A stretch of 63,988 nucleotides of DNA, filler included, from Octopus bimaculoides (lineage: Eukaryota), in NCBI RefSeq assembly GCF_001194135.2. It is 5 parts of 5 records of this genome, joined end to end, with 100 filler letters (N's around TTAATTAATTAA, not from the genome) between each part and the next. Parts side by side here need not be neighbours in the genome. Positions count along the whole stretch, not along the records: positions 45,490 to 61,865 come from NC_069006.1; positions 61,966 to 63,988 come from NW_026349732.1; 3 more parts are not named here. One strand, 5' to 3'. The translations under genes and the position numbers were made by a program. Below, piece after piece: positions 53,680-63,988 of this stretch (positions within the stretch are counted from its first letter, which is position 1; each line of letters begins with the position of its first letter). The notes beneath the pieces are model-generated. The model saw only the letters and a list, made by a program, of their open reading frames with translations, made no database searches and was not told the DNA's origin.

Positions 53680-53971
53680 GACGACGAGTTGGCAGAAACG
53701 TTAGCAGGCCGGGCGAAATGCTTAGGTGGCATTTCGTCTGTCTTTACGTTCTGAGTTCAAATTCCGCCGACGTCGACTTTGCCTTTCATCCTTTCGGGGT
53801 CGATAAATTAAGTACCAGTTACGCACTGGGGTCGATGTAATCGACTTAATCCCTTTGTCTGTCTTTGTTTGTCCCCTCTATGTTTAGCCCCTTGTGAGCA
53901 ATAAAGAAATAAGAAACGTTAGCATGCTGGGCGAAATGCTTAGCGGTTTTTCGTCTGACTTTACGTTCTGA
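53680..53971 (+). mobile_element. SINE followed head-to-tail by a second SINE head, running into a gap
   Basis: ...aataaagaaata|agaaacgttagcatgctgggcgaaatgc, junction at 53911/53912. Confidence 0.85.
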
Positions 53972-55085
53972 NNNNNNNNNNNNNNNNNNNNNNNNNNNNN
54001 NNNNNNNNNNNNNNNNNNNNNNNNNNNNNNNNNNNNNNNNNNNNNNNNNNNNNNNNNNNNNNNNNNNNNNNNNNNNNNNNNNNNNNNNNNNNNNNNNNNN
54101 NNNNNNNNNNNNNNNNNNNNNNNNNNNNNNNNNNNNNNNNNNNNNNNNNNNNNNNNNNNNNNNNNNNNNNNNNNNNNNNNNNNNNNNNNNNNNNNNNNNN
54201 NNNNNNNNNNNNNNNNNNNNNNNNNNNNNNNNNNNNNNNNNNNNNNNNNNNNNNNNNNNNNNNNNNNNNNNNNNNNNNNNNNNNNNNNNNNNNNNNNNNN
54301 NNNNNNNNNNNNNNNNNNNNNNNNNNNNNNNNNNNNNNNNNNNNNNNNNNNNNNNNNNNNNNNNNNNNNNNNNNNNNNNNNNNNNNNNNNNNNNNNNNNN
54401 NNNNNNNNNNNNNNNNNNNNNNNNNNNNNNNNNNNNNNNNNNNNNNNNNNNNNNNNNNNNNNNNNNNNNNNNNNNNNNNNNNNNNNNNNNNNNNNNNNNN
54501 NNNNNNNNNNNNNNNNNNNNNNNNNNNNNNNNNNNNNNNNNNNNNNNNNNNNNNNNNNNNNNNNNNNNNNNNNNNNNNNNNNNNNNNNNNNNNNNNNNNN
54601 NNNNNNNNNNNNNNNNNNNNNNNNNNNNNNNNNNNNNNNNNNNNNNNNNNNNNNNNNNNNNNNNNNNNNNNNNNNNNNNNNNNNNNNNNNNNNNNNNNNN
54701 NNNNNNNNNNNNNNNNNNNNNNNNNNNNNNNNNNNNNNNNNNNNNNNNNNNNNNNNNNNNNNNNNNTGTGTGTGTGTGTGTGTGTGTGTGTGTTAATTTT
54801 TAAAGCCTTCGTGAATTAGTCATTTACACGAAAATAGTTCTAATTTCATGATGCTCATTTAATATATCAGTGTATCAATATCTTTGTTATCTGTGATAAT
54901 TCGTGTTCTATTTGAATTGTTGTTTCCTTCAATATCACAATGATTTTATGCAAAAAATTATGTCTGGCTATTATTTATGTGGTTCTCAGACTACAAGTAT
55001 GCGCCTATTCTTATTTGGCTATACATATATCATCGTATATATTTTTATATATACCTGTATGCATACAGAAATACGTATATACCTC

Positions 55086-55183
<98 letters not shown>

Positions 55184-56101
55184 CATACATATATATATGT
55201 ATGCATCTATATATATACATACATATGTATATATATATATATATATATATACGTATATACGCATATGTATACGTATATATATGCATATATATATATATAC
55301 ATATGTATGTATATATATAGATGCATCTATAGTCGCTTGTACGGACGCACACTCACATACACACACACAAACACACACACACACACACATACAGATCTAG
55401 GTGCACGATTGCATTCGTAAACGTGTTAAAACTCATAGTGTTCAGGAACTGCGAATGAATCCGGATAAGATGTAGGCGAAAGTCTGAATGAGAAGCGTGT
55501 GGAAAACGTGATTTTTACTGTTATGATAAGCGAGGCTGAATGTGGCTATAAAATTTGTGAATTTAAGTGAATTTAAATGACTGTATACTGTGAATGTGAG
55601 GATTACCAAATAAGCAGCTAGAGAGAAAGCCTGGTCTATTGAATGCTAGGTGAATAGATAAGTACGTATATGCTTATATGTAGAAAGAGGCAAATAGTTA
55701 GATGTCCAGATAAGAAATCAGATAGATAGACAGATGGTTGAATAGATAGAGAGAGAGACAAACAGATATATATATATATANNNNNNNNNNNNNNNNNNNN
55801 NNNNNNNNNNNNNNNNNNNNNNNNNNNNNNNNNNNNNNNNNNNNNNNNNNNNNNNNNNNNNNNNNNNNNNNNNNNNNNNNNNNNNNNNNNNNNNNNNNNN
55901 NNNNNNNNNNNNNNNNNNNNNNNNNNNNNNNNNNNNNNNNNNNNNNNNNNNNNNNNNNNNNNNNNNNNNNNNNNNNNNNNNNNNNNNNNNNNNNNNNNNN
56001 NNNNNNNNNNNNNNNNNNNNNNNNNNNNNNNNNNNNNNNNNNNNNNNNNNNNNNNNNNNNNNNNNNNNNNNNNNNNNNNNNNNNNNNNNNATATAAGTAT
56101 T

Positions 56102-56149
<48 letters not shown>

Positions 56150-56646
56150 TATACGAGTATATATGTATAGATAGATAGATAGATAGATAAAAGAATTTTT
56201 ATAACAAAGACACTTAGAAGAAAAGATCCAATCGGGAGACAGATAATGAATTGGCATCGTAAAATCTTGGGGAAATTCTTAAGAATCTTCTCCCGAATGC
56301 GCTCTATTGTAACGAAGAAATAAATAGTGTGGAAATGTGTGAAGATATTGCGGTATTAAGATTGGAGAAATCCCATCTTTCCATTTAGAGTAATGTCTTG
56401 GGAAATATAACGATACTTAAAATGGTTGACATCTTCTATTCTGCATTTTCATCAACAATCTCAATGCAACAAAATGGTGGACGGTGTTTGTGGTGTTTCG
56501 ATTTTATTGAATTAAATGTGTAATGTATAATGTATAACATTGTACAGGTCTGTGTGTGCCTGTCTGTTTTTGTGTGGTTGTGTGTGTGTAAGTAGATGCT
56601 TGTGTGTGTGTTGGAGTTAGCGAAGATTTGGCTGATTTATGTCGCC

Positions 56647-56750
<104 letters not shown>

Positions 56751-58008
56751 CTTGTNNNNNNNNNNNNNNNNNNNNNNNNNNNNNNNNNNNNNNNNNNNNN
56801 NNNNNNNNNNNNNNNNNNNNNNNNNNNNNNNNNNNNNNNNNNNNNNNNNNNNNNNNNNNNNNNNNNNNNNNNNNNNNNNNNNNNNNNNNNNNNNNNNNNN
56901 NNNNNNNNNNNNNNNNNNNNNNNNNNNNNNNNNNNNNNNNNNNNNNNNNNNNNNNNNNNNNNNNNNNNNNNNNNNNNNNNNNNNNNNNNNNNNNNNNNNN
57001 NNNNNNNNNNNNNNNNNNNNNNNNNNNNNNNNNNNNNNNNNNNNNNNNNNNNNNNNNNNNNNNNNNNNNNNNNNNNNNNNNNNNNNNNNNNNNNNNNNNN
57101 NNNNNNNNNNNNNNNNNNNNNNNNNNNNNNNNNNNNNNNNNNNNNNNNNNNNNNNNNNNNNNNNNNNNNNNNNNNNNNNNNNNNNNNNNNNNNNNNNNNN
57201 NNNNNNNNNNNNNNNNNNNNNNNNNNNNNNNNNNNNNNNNNNNNNNNNNNNNNNNNNNNNNNNNNNNNNNNNNGTGGTTAACCAGTCCCGAGGTGATAGG
57301 GAATTAACTAAATTTTTACGAATTTCTCCTTACTTAATCTCTTAGCTTACTCTCCTCGTTTCGACACGTGAAAATATTTTATGTGGTTACACGATTTAGG
57401 TTCTAGTTTTCAGCACACTGGCAAAGAAAAGTTTTTTCTTTTGCCTTTCTCTGTGTGTGTGTGTGTGTGTGCAACAAAAAAGTACGAGCCGCGAGTACAT
57501 GGAGCATGAACTATTTTTTCGTACAACGGAAGACACAAATGGAAAACAAAACCAGCAACATAAAGAACGGCCCTTCATCAGTTGTTGGCTGTTTTTCTAG
57601 TCTCGTATGTCGAGCATTTGACAATAATATACGCTTTCGATAAAACAGTTGCTCCCGCGAAGCAAGTAAAATTAAATTTGGGATTTTGCGGAGAGTCAAA
57701 ATTGATAACACAAACAGGACAGCGAAATCAAACAGGAAGGGCTGCTAAGCCTAAACGAGGTTATAGTGGCGAACGCGTAAATCAAGGTTGGACAGGAGAC
57801 TGGCAAGAACACGTCTTCCTTGTTCCAGCTACAATGGACAGATAGAAAGATAGCTGGCTCATGGTCACGTGGGAGCCACGTGAGCAAGGTAGGAGGATTG
57901 AGGGAGAGAGAGTTACAGAGTAATAAGATAGAATAGTGGGAGAAGAGGAGGTAAAAGAATACATATACACACACACACATATATATATATATACACACAT
58001 ATATGTAT

Positions 58009-58061
<53 letters not shown>

Positions 58062-58394
58062 TGTGTATTTCTTCTATCTTAATGAATAAAAATTCTTCTG
58101 ATAGAATAAATGGGATAATAGAAACCAATGTAGCAAAGAACACAAAATAACTGTGGTTTATTTCCTGTTTTTAAGGCAGGAACTCCTTGAAATTAAATTC
58201 TTATATGTATATATGTTTGTGTGTGTATGTATGCCTCCATGTCTGTGTTCATCCCCCATCATCGCTTGGCAACCGGTTTTGTTGTGTTTACATCGCCGAA
58301 CCTAGCAGTTTGGTAAAAGAGACGGATAGAATAAGTCCGACTAAAACACCTCTGGAGTGGTCCGAGAATAATAGACGTAGAAAATTATGGCAGT

Positions 58395-58850
58395 CGGAAC
58401 TCTCCTCTTATTACAAAACGATATCCCACAATGCATTTGCAGTAACAGTGCTGATCCCAGCATTTGGATTACTAGATTTGTCTGCAGAGGAAATCCACTC
58501 CATACATATCAAAATCCGCAAAATCATAACCACAACCGGGAACTTCCACAGAAACACTGATGTTGACAGACTCTAATTAAGAAGATATGAAGGTGATAGA
58601 GGCCCGAGATCAGTGCTGACGGCCTTCAAATGCCGTATGCTGTCACTCTGGCAGCACTTGCTGAACAACGGCAGCAACAATAAATATATAAATTCAGTGC
58701 TGCAAAGTGAAGTGAGCAACATTGTACGAGTTGGCAGTGATCTCCTCAAGAAACGCTCTCTTCCTGATGATTTTCTACACACCCGCAACACAGCTGGGCT
58801 CTCTTTCCTCAGAGAAGACTTGTTGTTAAACAATCAGCATACAAAACAAA
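58395..58850 (+). mobile_element. R4/Dong-type post-RT fragment
   Basis: SELSSYYKTISHNAFAV..FGLLD...TGNFHRNTDVDRL.LRRYEGDRG. Confidence 0.7.
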
Positions 58851-60309
58851 AGAAAAAACCAAAACCAAAAGACTATGCATGGGTATTTGTCTGTGAATTT
58901 GTCTGAGTTAACTACATCTCAAAGACGGAACCCTGTATCTTCGTTGGAAACTGGCTCTTCCCTTCTAAGTGGAAGATTTATTATAATTAAAACATAGAAG
59001 AGACATACAAACAACTGTCCATACATACATACATACATACATACAAGTCTCATAGTGTTTAAAGTTGGTAACAAAAGACTAGGAAACAGAAATAGTGACG
59101 TTGCGAGTGTGATCAAGAACGAGAGAAACATTGGGAAAGGGGGAAGTAAAGAGAATAATCCTTTCTATAATAGGAACAAGGCTTGATTTTTTTGTGGGGG
59201 AGGGGGGCACTTGATTTATCGACCCAGAGAAGATAAAAGGTAAAGTCGACTTCGGCGTAATTTGAACTCAGAGCTTAGCGACGGGCCAAATACCAATTTC
59301 TTTATTACCCACAAGGGACTAAACACAGATGGGACAATACACACATGCGGGGACAATTGGATTCTGTTAATATTTTTGCATATTCGGAATCTCTGTTAAA
59401 GGTAGGAATCCGAAAAAAATTTTCACAAAATTCGTTTTTCAAAGAGGTGCGATTCTGCATTAGCCCCTATACCTATTGGTTCAGCTGAATCAATTTGAAA
59501 TGATTTAATAAAGAGAACACAGTTACATTATATGGCCATGGTTTTAGATCGTTACGCTCTGGAAGACAAGTCAGGTGCTTTATCATGCTACTTGTCAATT
59601 CCGGGAAAATTATTGATACTCAAGCAGACTGTTCTGAGACTTACTGAACACCGTATTTTAAAAGACCACGTTTCACGCACACACATTGAAAATACACGCA
59701 TATACATGAATACACACACAATGAAAGACAGCGAAAAGTCAACACTGTAACCCCCCACCCCCCAAAAAAACTGTTGTGACAGAAGTCAACGTCTCTGAGA
59801 TTGAAACAAGACACTTATTGAAAGTGAAACAAGACACGTATTTACGGCCGTAAATAGACTACACCCAGCAGCACAGGAAGGAAAACCTATGTAGGTTAGG
59901 TGTGACGAAGAAGTCGAACCATTTCTCTTGCGAAACAATACTGATGTAAGAAGGTCGAACCTTACGTTATAACAAACACTAACCAAAACTTGCAATATAT
60001 ACCCTTTAATATATTAATTTTTTTTTTAATGTTCTAAAATGTTATTTACCTCATTTATAAATTAATTCAATTCTTCAATCGGTGGACATTGGAATTAGAC
60101 ACTGAGGGAAAATGGCTGTAACTTTTTTTATTTTTTAATTTTGGCGATTTTCGTTTTCGATAATGTGTTCTACATGTCACGGTCATGCGATTCCCCCTTA
60201 AAAAAATTTTTTGAACAAAACACCCCCCCCCCGCCACGGGTGGGGGGTGGGGTGAATAGCCTTCTCGCAACTTCCCCGCTTATTTATTTATTTTTTTAAA
60301 GGAATCCCA

Positions 60310-60720
60310 CGTTTTAGGCTATGTAATGACTTACACTTCACATTTTAAAATCTTTCATTGAATACATCATATTGAGCTCACTTTGTAATCGTATTACATC
60401 AAAAAATTTGCCATAAGTCACTTTTAAAGAATCTAAAGAGTCCACAGGAAATTGTTTGCAATAATCATCAACTCTGTTGAAATTCAAAAGTTCCATGAAT
60501 TTGAACTCTTCTAAGGATGAATATGGTGCTTTTATTTGGTCACCGTTTATAATTAATTGTTTTCCATCGAAGTCACTTTTCGAAAAACTATTTCTCAAAA
60601 TATCGTTTATAACACTCATTTCGAAAAAGGCTACTTTTATATAAGAACACACGTATAAGCGTGTGAGTAAATTGCAAGTCAATTTCAAACAACGGAAAAA
60701 TAACATTAGTCAAATTAATT
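60310..60720 (-). mobile_element. hAT-superfamily transposase fragment
   Basis: FKFMELLN...FPVDSLDSLKVTYGKFFDVIRLQSELNMMYS resembles the region before the hAT dimerization domain. Confidence 0.6.
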
Positions 60721-61770
60721 TAAGATTAATTAGCTACTTCTGAAATAAGAAATATAAGATAGGTAATATTTTTCTTTTCAGAACACTCCAAAAATATAAT
60801 AATGCAAACGGATGCTTTGGATAAAAAAAAGAATTCAAACTTACCGCCAGGTTATTCCACCATTTTAGCTGGCTAACTCAGGAATTATGGGATTGCACTG
60901 GTTCGGGTAAGAAAGTGGAACGAGGATAGCAACAATTGTACATAAACAAAGAGAGTGAGAGAGGGGGACGCAGGTGGTCTTCTCAGAGAAGACGTAGGAG
61001 TCACTGAGAGAGGAGGAAGGGGAGGCAGAATATTTCGAAAACACCTGGACAGAGTTTCTCTGAAACAAAAGTAACTATTTTATCTAATTTTCAGATGATA
61101 TCGATAAAAAATCACAGAGCATGCAGTCTGTATGTATATGTATGTATGTATATATATATATATGTATGTACGTCTGTATGTATATGTATGTATATATATT
61201 TATATGTGTGCTTGTGTCCAATCTCTATATACATACATATTCATATATTGACACACGCAGATATTATATATATATATACATAAACACATACCCACCCACA
61301 CACACAGACACACACACACAAACATATGCAGAATGGATGTTCTTGCAGAAATACTGGTGTCCGAATGTGAAGAATAGACGGACCCAAAAGCAGAAACTAA
61401 GAGTTGAGGGAAAGGCCACGGGATGAATTAATCAATTATGTGTGAATATCACGTGCTGTTTGGGTCTGGCTGGAAGCAAAACGTAAGTCAATATAAGCAG
61501 CAATATAAAGGTGAGCCACAAAAATATATTAAACAGCAATTCTTGTAAAAAAAATGGCTAGACACGTACAGTGTTGGGAAGGACAGAGAATATGAACGTT
61601 AGATAGATAATAGAGACAGACAGTTATATGCATGTATGTACTTGTTTCTGTGAGTGTGTGGGTGTGTGTGCGTGCGCATGGGCATCTCACTTCTTCTCTT
61701 CCTTCCCCTCTCTTTCTCTCTCTGTATAAACATATGTACGTGTATAGGCATCTATCTATTTGTCTGTCTG

Positions 61771-61865
<95 letters not shown>

Positions 61866-62343
61866 NNNNNNNNNNNNNNNNNNNNNNNNNNNNNNNNNNN
61901 NNNNNNNNNTTAATTAATTAANNNNNNNNNNNNNNNNNNNNNNNNNNNNNNNNNNNNNNNNNNNNTAACTTTGAGTAGATTATAAAGCTGTAATTTTATC
62001 TTAGAACCATCAATACCAGTGGATGACCTGTGCTCGCAGACCACATGGTCAGAACGAATATAGCAGTAGTAACGCCAGCACGGCTTCATTATCTCTCCTG
62101 TCTTACCTTCTTTCGGTATCTTCAACAAAGGAAGGCTAATGACCTAGAAACGCGTCTAGTAGATGAGTATATGAAACTGATGTCCGAAAATAACGGCGAA
62201 ATATCGGCACCGTCGCTCTCGTTCATTTTTTAGGGTTATTAGACGAAATACTGCAACTTTTGAACCTTTAATAACACATATACATTAAATATATGATATT
62301 CATAATATTTCTATTAACGAGCTGCTTCGAGCACAAAATTTGA

Positions 62344-62391
<48 letters not shown>

Positions 62392-63372
62392 NNNNNNNNN
62401 NNNNNNNNNNNNNNNNNNNNNNNNNNNNNNNNNNNNNNNNNNNNNNNNNNNNNNNNNNNNNNNNNNNNNNNNNNNNNNNNNNNNNNNNNNNNNNNNNNNN
62501 NNNNNNNNNNNNNNNNNNNNNNNNNNNNNNNNNNNNNNNNNNNNNNNNNNNNNNNNNNNNNNNNNNNNNNNNNNNNNNNNNNNNNNNNNNNNNNNNNNNN
62601 NNNNNNNNNNNNNNNNNNNNNNNNNNNNNNNNNNNNNNNNNNNNNNNNNNNNNNNNNNNNNNNNNNNNNNNNNNNNNNNNNNNNNNNNNNNNNNNNNNNN
62701 NNNNNNNNNNNNNNNNNNNNNNNNNNNNNNNNNNNNNNNNNNNNNNNNNNNNNNNNNNNNNNNNNNNNNNNNNNNNNNNNNNNNNNNNNNNNNNNNNNNN
62801 NNNNNNNNNNNNNNNNNNNNNNNNNNNNNNNNNNNNNNNNNNNNNNNNNNNNNNNNNNNNNNNNNNNNNNNNNNNNNNNNNNNNNNNNNNNNNNNNNNNN
62901 NNNNNNNNNNNNNNNNNNNNNNNNNNNNNNNNNNNNNNNNNNNNNNNNNNNNNNNNNNNNNNNNNNNNNNNNNNNNNNNNNNNNNNNNNNNNNNNNNNNN
63001 NNNNNNNNNNNNNNNNNNNNNNNNNNNNNNNNNNNNNNNNNNNNNNNNNNNNNNNNNNNNNNNNNNNNNNNNNNNNNNNNNNNNNNNNNNNNNNNNNNNN
63101 NNNNNNNNNNNNNNNNNNNNNNNNNNNNNNNNNNNNNNNNNNNNNNNNNNNNNNNNNNNNNNNNNNNNNNNNNNNNNNNNNNNNNNNNNNNNNNNNNNNN
63201 NNNNNNNNNNNNNNNNNNNNNNNNNNNNNNNNNNNNNNNNNNNNNNNNNNNNNNNNNNNNNNNNNNNNNNNNNNNNNNNNNNNNNNNNNNNNNNNNNNNN
63301 NNNNNNNNNNNNNNNNNNNNNNNNNNNNNNNNNNNNNNNNNNNNNNNNNNNNNNNNNNNNNNNNNNNNNNNN

Positions 63373-63988
63373 GAAGCGTTTCGGTGCTGGTTAGGGACTT
63401 CACAGGTATTTATATTTTGAGTAGATTAAAAAACTATTTTCTGGATATTGCAGACGGTCTATATAGGGACGAGCACTATTCCTTTTCCGGAACTGTAGCA
63501 ATGTGGAAATTAAAAGAATTGGCAAAAGACCCAGGAATTTTACTTTAAATATTGGTTTATCCACAGCCATTGAGAAGGAACGTAAAATGGTCAATTGTCT
63601 TGATCTTGCGCTCGAATTTAATACGAGTTTATACAGACCGGACGAAAACCTCAAATACGTGAACAGATATTCTAATCATCTAAAGGTGGTGATCAATTTT
63701 ATAGTTACTAATGTTCCCTCCAGAATTTTTAAGTTATTGTTTAATGAAGACCTTTTCAATAAAAATTCAAACTACTTTAATAGTGCTGTTCGGAAACTAT
63801 TCAATATTGACAACTCTAAATATAGTGATTCGTACTCTGCTAAAAATAATTTCAATAAGTCAAGTTTGAAAGTAGTTATAGTTAAGACCTCTTGGCTATG
63901 CATAGTATGAATAATAATCCTAAATGTTTGGAGACAGTCAGGCATCACGCTAATTTTCATCAGCAGTATAGGAAAAAGTTTACCAATA
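63373..63988 (+). mobile_element. Penelope-like element RT C-terminal fragment
   Basis: GLYRDE, GLSTAIE..KMVNCLDLAL, LKYVNRYSNH, SRIFKL..NEDLFNK; frameshifted. Confidence 0.7.

Overview
Repeat-saturated, AT-rich animal genomic DNA from a gapped draft assembly. The SINE/LINE repertoire and microsatellite load look like an octopus (inference). One well-supported host gene lies on the + strand: a three-exon MYORG-like GH31 type II membrane protein (1794-2276, 9335-10742, 16063 into the gap at 16298), with GT-AG sites and matching phases. It keeps the nucleophile Asp, but the acid/base Asp position carries Pro and several sugar-binding residues are changed, so it is a candidate intact pseudoenzyme. 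One isolated 73-bp exon of an SLC22/MFS transporter lies on the - strand (42090-42162). The rest is mostly decayed mobile DNA: RTE LINEs (one with three C-terminal C2H2 fingers and no RT core), at least seven R4/Dong-type fragments, L1/Tx1-like ORF1 remnants, Penelope, mariner/Tc1, hAT, Helitron, Merlin-like and piggyBac-like MITEs, many tRNA-derived SINEs and simple repeats. The best secondary signals are: two different Dong-type families inserted at paralogous (ATT)n sites next to an empty copy of the same site; SINE-into-SINE insertions sharing an AGAA junction; a MITE carrying TTAGGG repeats; and a ~33-bp minisatellite carrying CRE motifs. No CRISPR, rRNA or true tRNA genes were found. Four 100-bp TTAATTAATTAA-marked gaps make order across them uncertain. 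Family assignments come from motif recognition, not database searches.
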